24,000 bases of DNA from Desulfurococcales archaeon (GTDB taxonomy: Archaea; Thermoproteota; Thermoprotei_A; Sulfolobales; NBVN01), in the NCBI GenBank assembly GCA_023255955.1, contig JAGDWD010000010.1, forward strand, positions 74,765-98,764, in the 5' to 3' direction. The notes under the pieces were generated by a model. That model was not told the origin of the DNA. It made no database searches and saw only the letters and a list, made by a program, of their open reading frames with translations. Position 1 is the first letter of the stretch. Each line of letters starts with the position of its first letter. A program made the translations under genes and the position numbers. Positions 7,470 through 15,998 of the stretch are shown here, one piece after another.

Positions 7470-7795
7470 CTCCAGTGACCGGAGGATAAGATAATGAACG
7501 AGACCACCGCGGTAATGAGTAGAGCTATGGCGAGCAGTATAAGGATCTTTGTGATCCTCTCACTCGTACCGAAAACTATCGGTACGGGCCCCACTATCAG
7601 GATGCCACCACCTTCAACCTTTCTCTCACCACCTCCAGGACTACCCGACTCTCTGAGCACTGAGAACATCATTATCAGCATACCTACTAGCACGAGTAGG
7701 AACGATACGACTAGCAGTAGGAATGTAAGGTGCAGCATCTGGGGCGCCTCCCTTACAACACTTAGGTAGGGCTCTAAAAAAGCTTTCTTAGGCAC
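7454..7795 (-). CDS. DUF131-family small archaeal membrane protein (paralogue 1)
   Basis: The central motif GGGILIVGPVPIVFGTS is flanked by TM helices. It overlaps the downstream paralogue by 16 nt. Confidence 0.55.
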   Translation of the reverse strand: MPKKAFLEPYLSVVREAPQMLHLTFLLLVVSFLLVLVGMLIMMFSVLRESGSPGGGERKVEGGGILIVGPVPIVFGTSERITKILILLAIALLITAVVSFIILSSGHWRWVSG

Positions 7796-7821
7796 CCTAA
7801 GGACTAGCCCAGAGAAGGGAC

Positions 7822-8487
7822 CTACCTCTTCTTCACAAACTCATCGAGGGTTCTGCTAACACCCCTTCTAACAGTCTTCCAAGACATTCTAACACACCTC
7901 GGGATGTGCCCCGCGGATCTGACCTTGTTTAGCCAGCTAATTGTTCGTGGGTCTGACGGGTACCCACTCCCGATCTCACCGTAGATATTGGATAGGCTCC
8001 TAATGTGGAGGTCTCTCATAGTCTTAGCAACTATCGAAGCTGCCGATACCTCTATGAAGTCCCTGTCAGCTCCGGGCTCCATAACCACCTCCACATCAGG
8101 GAAGTACTTCCTGCACACTGCCTCTACTTGTTTCTCTCTACCTGCTATCTCGTCGATCACTATCCTCACCGGGTTAAGTCCTCGCGACTTGAGGTGTCTT
8201 ACAGATCTCTCCACAGCTCTAACCTCCAGGTCGTTTATGTTTTCCCTATCTATCTCCTCAGGGGTTATCCTGTTGACGATTATAGCCTCAGAACACTCTA
8301 TTACTTTGAGGAGGAGTTCGTACCTCCTAGACCTACTCAGAAGCTTACTATCCCTCACACCGGCTTCAGCTAGTTCTACCCTGCGGTCACTCGCTACAGC
8401 AACAGCTACTACAAAAAGGTCTCCGACTAAGGAGCCTCTACCTGCCTCATCTATCCCTACCATAACCTTTCTTAAGCTCTTCAACAC
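7822..8487 (-). CDS. rnhB: Ribonuclease HII
   Basis: It carries the GIDEAGRGSLVGDLFV active-site motif (GIDEAGRGxxxGPxV), the downstream DSK motif, and a typical archaeal length of ~220 aa. The start may be the second Met at 8463. Confidence 0.85.
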   Translation of the reverse strand: MLKSLRKVMVGIDEAGRGSLVGDLFVVAVAVASDRRVELAEAGVRDSKLLSRSRRYELLLKVIECSEAIIVNRITPEEIDRENINDLEVRAVERSVRHLKSRGLNPVRIVIDEIAGREKQVEAVCRKYFPDVEVVMEPGADRDFIEVSAASIVAKTMRDLHIRSLSNIYGEIGSGYPSDPRTISWLNKVRSAGHIPRCVRMSWKTVRRGVSRTLDEFVKKR

Positions 8488-9289
8488 ACCACCTCAATCT
8501 ATTAAACTGAATCTGCTTTCCAGTCTCCAGCGAGTAGAAGGACTCTAAGACGGTGTACCTAGGTTCTATTATCCTCCTCCTCAGGACATCTAGGTACTCG
8601 CTCAGTAGGGTTCTCTGCAGTTCGAGGTGGGAATCGACGACGTGGTACCCGCTCATCGTGTATCCATGGAGATGGACGCAGCCAATTGCTCTAAGGGTTC
8701 TCGGTGGTGCCTCTCTTAAGATCTCAGATAGGGACATGGGCCTCCTGTAGAGGCGGCTATACCTCTCAACTGCGTGAGGTATGTCTAAGCAGATCAACGC
8801 CCCGTAATCGAGGTAGTTCACTACCTGCTCTAACCCCCCGCAACAGTAGCTTCTAGTAGTCTCGACATATAGAGGAGCACCTAGCTCACTAGCAACCTCA
8901 GCAATAGCTGTGATCGACTTCAAGCCAGCTGAGACACATACATCCACATTATCGGAGCACACCGCCTGGTCCGTCGAGGCATGGACCACTAGGTAGGTAA
9001 TGTCGAGGCTGCTTAGTTCCCGTAAACACCTAATAACGTAGTTGAGGGAGGTTTCCCTAACCTCGTCAATAGGTGATGCTATGTACACCTCACGCCAAGG
9101 TAGGTGGACCCCCATCTCAAGGCCCGAGCTTAAGAGTTGCTTTAGAGGACCTATCTCGGAGAGCTTTACCGACCTACATAGCGGGTAGTCCAGACTCAGT
9201 TCGAAGCCGTCGAATCCTCCATCAATAACCTCACTTACTAAGCTACCCCTCCTGAAGTCCTTGTACCAGAGGGTTAGAAAAATCCTCAT
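8447..9289 (-). CDS. Xylose isomerase-like TIM-barrel protein (sugar phosphate isomerase/epimerase or AP endonuclease 2 superfamily)
   Basis: GFDGFELSLDYP, LVVHAS and HLHGY-type beta-strand-end motifs are typical of this superfamily. Substrate is unknown. Confidence 0.55.
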   Translation of the reverse strand: MRIFLTLWYKDFRRGSLVSEVIDGGFDGFELSLDYPLCRSVKLSEIGPLKQLLSSGLEMGVHLPWREVYIASPIDEVRETSLNYVIRCLRELSSLDITYLVVHASTDQAVCSDNVDVCVSAGLKSITAIAEVASELGAPLYVETTRSYCCGGLEQVVNYLDYGALICLDIPHAVERYSRLYRRPMSLSEILREAPPRTLRAIGCVHLHGYTMSGYHVVDSHLELQRTLLSEYLDVLRRRIIEPRYTVLESFYSLETGKQIQFNRLRWCVEELKKGYGRDR

Positions 9290-10344
9290 CCTCTTCGATC
9301 ACCAGCAGCCTTCGAGATGAGGTTAATGACCGTGGTTAGAGGATCCTCAAGTGAGGTAGCTAGTTTCAGATACCTCTCCTTCTCGGTAGTAGACTGCGTG
9401 GACATCTCCCCGGAGAGCTCCTCAAGTTCCTGTAGTGAGCTAACTCTCCTAAGTGGGAAGCCCCAACTTTCCACACATCTATTCACCGGTAGATCTAGGG
9501 GGGTGTAGGTTATTGCGGGAGTTCCTACTAGTGCTGCTTCCCGAGCCATCGAGGCCCCACCAGAGACTACAAGCCTCGAGTAGTAAGTCAAGGACGGCCC
9601 GCTGAACCCCTTTTCCAGGACTATCACACCCTCTCTCCTCAGGTTTACATGCTTCGAGTAGCGGGGTAGTAGAACGACATCGTAGCCGAGACCTGCCAGG
9701 ACGTCGAGGACCTTATCAGGTGGTAGTAAACTGAGTGAGCGGTAGTATGTAGCCATCTCCTCCGCAGGTCTGAACACCACGTAGTCCCACGGTCTGAGAC
9801 CGAGTACTCTGACCTCGTCCTCACTAGGCTTCAACCTCTTAACCCACCCGACCTCGTCGACCCCTCTGTAGGTCAGTACCTTAGTGAATCTCTCACTAAC
9901 GTATGTTAGGATCTCACTCCTCGGGATGCAGTCGGAGAAGATCACGGTATCTGCTAGAGGTAGTGATAGCCTGCTCGGTATGGTTGAGTGCGGGGAGTCT
10001 GTTAGAGCTATGTAGCGCACCCCCACACCAAATGCTACTCTGGCCGCAGATGGGTTGGGGTACGCGACGAGGAACTCAGGAGAGAATTTCCGCACTATGT
10101 TAACTAGTGCTGACATCCTCACAGCATCCTCGAAAACCTTAGAGTAGGGGTCTCCCTCCGAGTACCTACCGACAGCTATGTAGTCCAGACCTAGGTACTC
10201 TAAGACCTTACACGTGAACTCGTACTCTCGGCACGTAACTAGGACATCGAAGCCTAATGAGAGTAGCTCCCTAGCTAGAACCCCGAGGAGGACTCCCTGC
10301 TTCGATGTGAGAGCATCTACCCAAACCCTCCCAGCACTACCCAA
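9286..10344 (-). CDS. DUF354-family protein (GT-B/UDP-GlcNAc 2-epimerase-like fold)
   Basis: The N-terminus VWVDALTSKQGVLLGVLARELLSLGFDVLVTCREYEFTCKVLEYLGLDYIAVGRY follows the DUF354 pattern (iwiDixtPkhvxxfxxiixeLxkxGhevxiTaRd). Length is ~350 aa. Confidence 0.6.
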   Translation of the reverse strand: MGSAGRVWVDALTSKQGVLLGVLARELLSLGFDVLVTCREYEFTCKVLEYLGLDYIAVGRYSEGDPYSKVFEDAVRMSALVNIVRKFSPEFLVAYPNPSAARVAFGVGVRYIALTDSPHSTIPSRLSLPLADTVIFSDCIPRSEILTYVSERFTKVLTYRGVDEVGWVKRLKPSEDEVRVLGLRPWDYVVFRPAEEMATYYRSLSLLPPDKVLDVLAGLGYDVVLLPRYSKHVNLRREGVIVLEKGFSGPSLTYYSRLVVSGGASMAREAALVGTPAITYTPLDLPVNRCVESWGFPLRRVSSLQELEELSGEMSTQSTTEKERYLKLATSLEDPLTTVINLISKAAGDRRG

Positions 10345-10522
10345 ACCTCCTCAACCTCCACTAGGTTTTCTAAACCAGTTATTAGTAGGTAACTACATCT
10401 CCTACATTATCTTAGCACGTAAGAAACAATTACCCTTTGAGGTAAGGGATAGTGAATTTAACCTAGCTAGGACGAGCCTCTGGAGCAAAGATCTGGGGCA
10501 GATTCCTCATCTACGGCTTTAG

Positions 10523-10945
10523 TCACCTTCTCTTCATCATCTTCATCATCGATAGCTCGTTAAAGTTCGTATTAACCTGGGACCTCCACTGGTAGACCCA
10601 GCCTGGGACTATCGGCCTCGCATAGGTGGGCGCCTCCATACCTCCGAGCTCTACGGAAGCTTGAGTAGCTAAGTACGTAGCAACTGCGGTCACAGCAGCA
10701 GCTATCTTCTCCTTTATCGAGGTAGTAGAAGGCTCTGCCGGTACAGCCGCCTTAGGTACGGCCTCAACTGTCGGAGGCGGGGTAGGTGTTGTCTCCTCCG
10801 CTCTGCTGGTGGGTGGGGCTTTCTCTTTTGCTGGGAACTTAGCGGAGATGCGGATCGCTATCACGATGATGCCGAGTATTATGAATGACAGTATGTACGC
10901 GTAGATTATCGCTATAGTGTCTAGCGCGCCCATAGCGGACTCCAA
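10523..10945 (-). CDS. Single-pass membrane protein with a Pro/Thr/Ala-rich linker; architecture resembles OadG-type decarboxylase gamma subunits
   Basis: An N-terminal TM (IAIIYAYILSFIILGIIVIAI) is followed by FPAKEKAPP...PTPPPTVEAVPKAAVPAEP and then IKEKIAAAVTAVATYL (compare OadG xxVIAAAIxxH). No partner subunits are nearby. The ATG at 10933 is a more likely start than TTG 10945. Confidence 0.3.
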   Translation of the reverse strand: MESAMGALDTIAIIYAYILSFIILGIIVIAIRISAKFPAKEKAPPTSRAEETTPTPPPTVEAVPKAAVPAEPSTTSIKEKIAAAVTAVATYLATQASVELGGMEAPTYARPIVPGWVYQWRSQVNTNFNELSMMKMMKRR

Positions 10946-11041
10946 GACTACGAAGTGCTAGACCTTTAAAAGCTTGTGTGACCCCATCTATATACTAAAA
11001 ATACCTATTAAACTACCGTATACCCTATTGGAATTGAATTA

Positions 11042-12574
11042 CTAACCTGGTTGAGTTGCTAGAGATAGTCCCTCGCTTCTAGGGTCAGATGCGAACTGAG
11101 CTAGCTGCTTAGATTTCTTCACTACAGCTACGTGTACCAGGCCCGTAGATCCGTAGTCCTCCACTATCTCTACTGTGAGGCCAGCTACCTGAGGGGCTCT
11201 AAGCCTCGGCTCTACAACAACTCTCTTAGTCGTACCAGAAGTCTCTGTGAATATGAACCTTGGGGCGTCTAGGGCCTTGGGGAGGCTCATCCTGTAGATG
11301 AAGATGTTCTCGAAGATCCTGGTATGTATCTGAGGTCTCCAATCACCCCCAGCACAGCCGATTACATACCTCTCGTCCCCACCATCGATAGCGAGTACTG
11401 AGAGAGTGTGGAGAGGCCTCTTCCTAGGTGCTGGGCTGTTAGGTAGTCCAGCCTTCTTCGCGAAGCCGTACCCTCTATTCTGAACCGGGAATCCCAGTGC
11501 TACTAGCCCGGAACCGAATGGGTGGAAGAGGCTCTGGATAAACCCCACTAACGACTCCCCGTCATAGATCGTGAAGAATGTTGTATCACCACCTCCTGGG
11601 GGAGTGTTCTGCGCGGTCTGCTTGTTTAGGAGGAGCTGCTTAGCCTTACCGTAGCTCACAAACTCCGAGACGTCTATGCTGACATACTCCGGATCCCCTA
11701 AGAACGTGTCTCTGAACCCGTAAGCTACCTCCACTATCTCCGACCACCTCTCTATCCGTGAAGGCTCGTCGAAGGGTAGCTGGTTGAGCCCCAACTCATA
11801 GATAGCTGATAGCATTTGGAGTGTCGTAACACCCTGTGTGTTAGGGGGTAGCTCGTAGGCTACCATACCATCGAGGTCCAGCCTCAGAGGCCTCACCTCA
11901 AGCCCCTCATGGTCCATGAGGTCGTCCAGCCCTATATCAACCCCCTGCTCCTGGAGCTCGGTCACGAATTGCTCAGCCAGCCTACCATAGTAGAATTCGT
12001 CCCACCCCCTAGTAGCTAGGGCCCTCAACGTCCTAGCCATTTCCTTGTTTACTATGTAGGTCCCCGGCTCGATGCTCTTGAAGTACTTCACCCACCTGTA
12101 GCTCGAAAGCTCGTTCTCGACCTGCTTAGACGCCCTAGATAGGTAGTAACCTGCGTAGAAACCGTTATAGGCGAGGGACTCTGCGGGCCGCAAAAGCTTC
12201 TCTAGAGGCATTGAGCAGAACTCCTCGGAGAGAAACCCCCAGAGGTATGCTAGCCCTGGAACGGTTACTGTTAACGGGCCTCTCCTCGGGGCGAGCTTGA
12301 GGTACTCATCTGCTTTAAAGCCTGACGGTGATCTACCGCTAGACATATACGCTAGGACGTCGTCACCGTAGAAAGCCATCATGAATCCGTCTCCCCCGAG
12401 ACCACCAGTCTGAGGGAGAACCACTGAGAGAACAGCACTCGCAGCGATAGCAGCGTCGAACGCGTTACCTCCCTCCTCAAGAACCTCAAGAGCTGCTTTA
12501 GAAGCCAGGTAAGAATCCGAAGCTACTCCTCTAGAACCGAAGACCGACTTAACTACCGGCATTGCTACCACCAC
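11042..12574 (-). CDS. ggt: Gamma-glutamyltransferase family protein
   Basis: EEGGNAFDAAIAASAVLSVVLPQTGGLGGDGF is the N-terminal GGT signature. GGGDTTFFTIYD contains the autoprocessing/nucleophile Thr region. No obvious signal peptide is present. The start is GTG 12574 or ATG 12562. Confidence 0.85.
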   Translation of the reverse strand: MVVAMPVVKSVFGSRGVASDSYLASKAALEVLEEGGNAFDAAIAASAVLSVVLPQTGGLGGDGFMMAFYGDDVLAYMSSGRSPSGFKADEYLKLAPRRGPLTVTVPGLAYLWGFLSEEFCSMPLEKLLRPAESLAYNGFYAGYYLSRASKQVENELSSYRWVKYFKSIEPGTYIVNKEMARTLRALATRGWDEFYYGRLAEQFVTELQEQGVDIGLDDLMDHEGLEVRPLRLDLDGMVAYELPPNTQGVTTLQMLSAIYELGLNQLPFDEPSRIERWSEIVEVAYGFRDTFLGDPEYVSIDVSEFVSYGKAKQLLLNKQTAQNTPPGGGDTTFFTIYDGESLVGFIQSLFHPFGSGLVALGFPVQNRGYGFAKKAGLPNSPAPRKRPLHTLSVLAIDGGDERYVIGCAGGDWRPQIHTRIFENIFIYRMSLPKALDAPRFIFTETSGTTKRVVVEPRLRAPQVAGLTVEIVEDYGSTGLVHVAVVKKSKQLAQFASDPRSEGLSLATQPG

Positions 12575-12887
12575 CCTAACTATGCGGTAAGCCGATATAA
12601 CAAGACATCAGAAACAGAATTAAAGTATATTCCATCGATGTCACATCACCGTATACCTTCAACCATAGACCACTAATCCCTTTCCTCACCACATGTTCCA
12701 GACCCTAACCTGATTGTGTTGCTAGTTCGTACCTCTAATTCAAGATATCGGTCTTGAGATTACTACTTTACGTGATGGTAGAACCCTATGATCTCTTACG
12801 ATCTTAACGCAACAGTGGGATTTGATTGGTTTAATCGAGACGGTGAACTGTTAAAATATATTCTACCCAGCAGAACTGCTAAGCAAA

Positions 12888-12915
12888 TTTAATTATTTAA
12901 TACTACTTAAAATAG
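12888..12915 (+). promoter_or_regulatory. A/T-rich candidate promoter region (TTTAATTATTTAATA ... CTTAAAATAG) for the three-gene operon
   Basis: These are the only strongly TATA-like stretches in the 395-bp spacer close to the first ORF. The exact box and transcription start are undetermined. Confidence 0.25.
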
Positions 12916-12969
12916 TGGTGGAATTACACGAGCAAGTTACTGAACGTTGTTTTAGGGCTTTTAGATGAG

Positions 12970-13923
12970 TTGGAGACACCTGAGCAGGAAGGTGTTGCTG
13001 TGATCCCCGAGACATACTTACCTCTTTTCTCTAAGGTCTTAGACTCATTTGGCACTATCCTCACACTTTACCCTGAGGATGCCAGTCTAACGACCCCGTC
13101 AGGTAAGTGGCGCTGGATTAAGCTACCTGTTAAAGACTTTGAAGAACCCGTAATCCAGCTGTCCGGCTCTATTCTTGAGGAGTATGGTGAGGTAGCTAGG
13201 AGCATAGTTTCCTATATAAGTCCGGTAGTTACGCGGTCTGTAATGATCGTTTCAGGAACTCGTGACCATACTACTGTGACAGCATATGAGGTGCTGAAGC
13301 TAATGGAAAACTTAAGGATGTTTCCCGACGTACATCTCATCCTAGATGTGGACCTCAGCGATGTAGGTAAGCTTGATAAGATCAATATAGCATCGCTTAT
13401 CGGTCGCTTGATGGCGTTCAAAAACTTCTCGATAATTCTATTCTCTATTAATAGAGTAGCGGAATACTCAACCAAGCTGGGTCAGGTAGACTACGTCGAG
13501 CAGTGTCTCGCAGAGATCTTGACTAAGTTCTTTAGGAACCCTATTACCGGCACATACATCCCCATATGCCTGAGCTTAGAGCCTGTCTCAATATTTAGAG
13601 ATGCTACCTCAGCTATAGACATAGCATTCTACGCATACACGAGACTACATAGAGCACCCCTTAACAACACGCTATTTGGGGTAGTCAGAGTGTGGAAGGG
13701 TATGAGGGAGAGGTTAGGAGCTCTGAGGGAGATTACCGAAGACAGGTTGGTCTTAGAGTATCTAGATAACGATAAAATAGAAGTGAAAGCATTAATCAGA
13801 TACGGGATAATGAATGTCCTCAGTGAGGGTGTGGAGATGTTACGCGAGATAGCTCGTTCTGGGGATGCTATCACTATCGCAGCCAGACTTTCACGACTTC
13901 AAGACAGGTTGGTCAGCGTGTGA
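12970..13923 (+). CDS. Hypothetical soluble alpha/beta protein (operon gene 1); no canonical nucleotide-binding signature
   Basis: The 317-aa ORF has a TTG start and no in-frame ATG/GTG upstream back to the stop at 12913-12915. It shows a regular beta-alpha-beta pattern at residues ~88-165 and a helical C-terminal third. The gap to the next ORF is 3 nt. Confidence 0.6.
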   Translation: METPEQEGVAVIPETYLPLFSKVLDSFGTILTLYPEDASLTTPSGKWRWIKLPVKDFEEPVIQLSGSILEEYGEVARSIVSYISPVVTRSVMIVSGTRDHTTVTAYEVLKLMENLRMFPDVHLILDVDLSDVGKLDKINIASLIGRLMAFKNFSIILFSINRVAEYSTKLGQVDYVEQCLAEILTKFFRNPITGTYIPICLSLEPVSIFRDATSAIDIAFYAYTRLHRAPLNNTLFGVVRVWKGMRERLGALREITEDRLVLEYLDNDKIEVKALIRYGIMNVLSEGVEMLREIARSGDAITIAARLSRLQDRLVSV

Positions 13924-13926
13924 GCT

Positions 13927-15996
13927 ATGAATAGAGATGTATTGACCAGGAAGTTTATGGTATCGTGTATTTACCTAGCCTACTTCCTGGTGTTACTCTG
14001 GGCAATACCTATATGGGAGTATTTGGAGCTAATAGTTCTCTCAGCTCTCTCCGTTGCTGTGGTTTTCGTTGTCGGTGATAGGCACCCAGGTATCGCCACG
14101 ACCTTCATAATTCTACTGATAGCGACATACCTGGGTAGAGTTTACACAGTTAACGGCGTGACGTATTCCCTACCTTACGCTAAGGTAGCAGTAATTTCCC
14201 TTCTTTCCATGTTAATTATCCCAATATATCTCACTATGTCTGAAGCAGGTGAGCTTTCTGAGGTTATTATTGGGGGAGCATATATAGTTGCTTTCATGGC
14301 GTCTGTTGCTGGGCCGAGATCTTTAGCTATCTCTCTTTCTCTATTTGCTTCACTATCCACTGTCACGGTAGGTTACATGCTAGCCATAGCTATGAGCGTC
14401 TCATACTCCGTATTCTACTTGACAGCTACATACGTAGCTAAGTTCTCTACAACGGATGTTAGTAAGCTGGTAGCAATACCGATAGAGTTCTCAAGGATAG
14501 AGAAGGAATATCTAGGTGACTGGGCTTTGATTAGGCTATTCTTATCTCTCACTCTATTCGCACTCGGCCTCCTGCTCAGTAGATTTGCTGAGGAAAGAAT
14601 GAGGAAAACCTACACCAGTCACCTAGAAAGGAGGATAGTGAAAGCCTTCGTCTTGGGGATAGCCACGAAGATGGCTATAGCTATTTCAATCACGGTGTTA
14701 GCTACCCTACTCACTACTAGCTTAGCTGATATCCCGGCAACAGTTTTAATTACAGTTGCGGTAGTAGGGGCTCTAAGCTCTATCAGAAGCTACATAGATC
14801 TAGCTGAGAGAGTTCATAGCCTGGTAGCTGAATGTCACGAGCACGCGGAGTCTCTGAGCTATAAGATCAAGATATCTGAAGCTGTTCTAGGAGAATTTCA
14901 GGGTAGCTCTCTGAGATCGTTCAAAGATCTTGAAGAGAGTTCTTCTGAGGCTAAGAAAGTCCTCTCCAGCTATGAGAGCATAAAGCACTTGGGGGTTACA
15001 GATTACCCCGCTATATTTAGGACCTGCCGAAAGCTTGAGGAAGTTGACGAGGAGTTAGGTAATAAGATCCTCAACGTCGTCTCAGAACTTGATAACAACA
15101 TAAAGACCTTACTCAGCATTAGCGCTTCGGAGGTCCGAAAATCCCTTATCCTCATCCTGGATGAGATGAGAACACTACGGCGGGAACCGGAAAGGATGGG
15201 TGCTCTCCCTGACCTGATATCTAGGATCACACAAGCTCTCAGGAGATACTGCCACGAACTCCACAAGATGTTATCGGAGACTATACCTAAGTCCTATGGA
15301 GACATATTTGGAATAGAGTTCTCGATTAGAGAGATCCCGAAGTGCTCAGGAAGTAACTTCGGAGATATACAAGCATATCAGAACTACGTACTAGCAGCTC
15401 TACTAGGTATGGATAGACAGCTAGATTCATTAATAAGTAAACTTGATAAACTAGCAAGTGAAGCACGTAGATTGAGTGGGGTGCTGGAAGCTCACGGGCT
15501 TAGGAGTCACCAGCTAATGAAGTTACTTGAGGTTTACCGGAAGTATTTCTCTCAAGCCTACCTAGCAAACTCTTTAGAAGCTGTTGAGAAAGTTCTCTTC
15601 ATGTCGGAGATCTACAGGAATGTCATGTCGGAAGTATCGACTCTTCTAGAGGGATTTCAACCCGTAGAAATTAATGATAGCAACATAAGTCGAGTTACTT
15701 CCGAGTTTATGAAACCTCTAGAAGAATCATTAAGAGAGCTCGCATCCCACGAAATATCTTTCTTAGACTCTATAGTAGTTCTTGAGGGAGTTCTTAAAAA
15801 CGTATCGAGCTCCACATGGTCATTCTCGAGCATGTACACTCTGTTAGAGAGTCTCCAACTACTTAGATCTATCCAACCTCTCGTATCGGACTACATTAGA
15901 GATGGGGTTAGGAGGGGCTATAGATTCGAGGAGATATTCCCGTTGAGGGAGGATTTACGTCAGTTCTGGGTTATTCTATACGGTTCGGGTGGTTAA
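13927..15996 (+). CDS. Hypothetical polytopic membrane protein with a large helical cytoplasmic C-terminal domain (operon gene 2)
   Basis: The ATG start lies 3 nt after the gene 1 stop. About 9-10 hydrophobic segments fall in residues 10-290, followed by ~400 aa rich in E/K/L/S with long predicted helices. I recognise no enzymatic motif. Confidence 0.65.
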   Translation: MNRDVLTRKFMVSCIYLAYFLVLLWAIPIWEYLELIVLSALSVAVVFVVGDRHPGIATTFIILLIATYLGRVYTVNGVTYSLPYAKVAVISLLSMLIIPIYLTMSEAGELSEVIIGGAYIVAFMASVAGPRSLAISLSLFASLSTVTVGYMLAIAMSVSYSVFYLTATYVAKFSTTDVSKLVAIPIEFSRIEKEYLGDWALIRLFLSLTLFALGLLLSRFAEERMRKTYTSHLERRIVKAFVLGIATKMAIAISITVLATLLTTSLADIPATVLITVAVVGALSSIRSYIDLAERVHSLVAECHEHAESLSYKIKISEAVLGEFQGSSLRSFKDLEESSSEAKKVLSSYESIKHLGVTDYPAIFRTCRKLEEVDEELGNKILNVVSELDNNIKTLLSISASEVRKSLILILDEMRTLRREPERMGALPDLISRITQALRRYCHELHKMLSETIPKSYGDIFGIEFSIREIPKCSGSNFGDIQAYQNYVLAALLGMDRQLDSLISKLDKLASEARRLSGVLEAHGLRSHQLMKLLEVYRKYFSQAYLANSLEAVEKVLFMSEIYRNVMSEVSTLLEGFQPVEINDSNISRVTSEFMKPLEESLRELASHEISFLDSIVVLEGVLKNVSSSTWSFSSMYTLLESLQLLRSIQPLVSDYIRDGVRRGYRFEEIFPLREDLRQFWVILYGSGG

Positions 15997-15998
15997 AT

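Noticed and set aside
7988-8548. 186-aa and 122-aa plus-strand ORFs overlapping rnhB
   Set aside because: They are antisense to RNase HII, which has its active-site motif intact. The translations are Ser/Leu/Thr-rich and featureless.
10214-10522. 102-aa plus-strand ORF spanning the DUF354 start and the adjacent spacer
   Set aside because: It overlaps the DUF354 N-terminus in antisense, has Pro/Ser/Arg-rich composition, and shows no start context.
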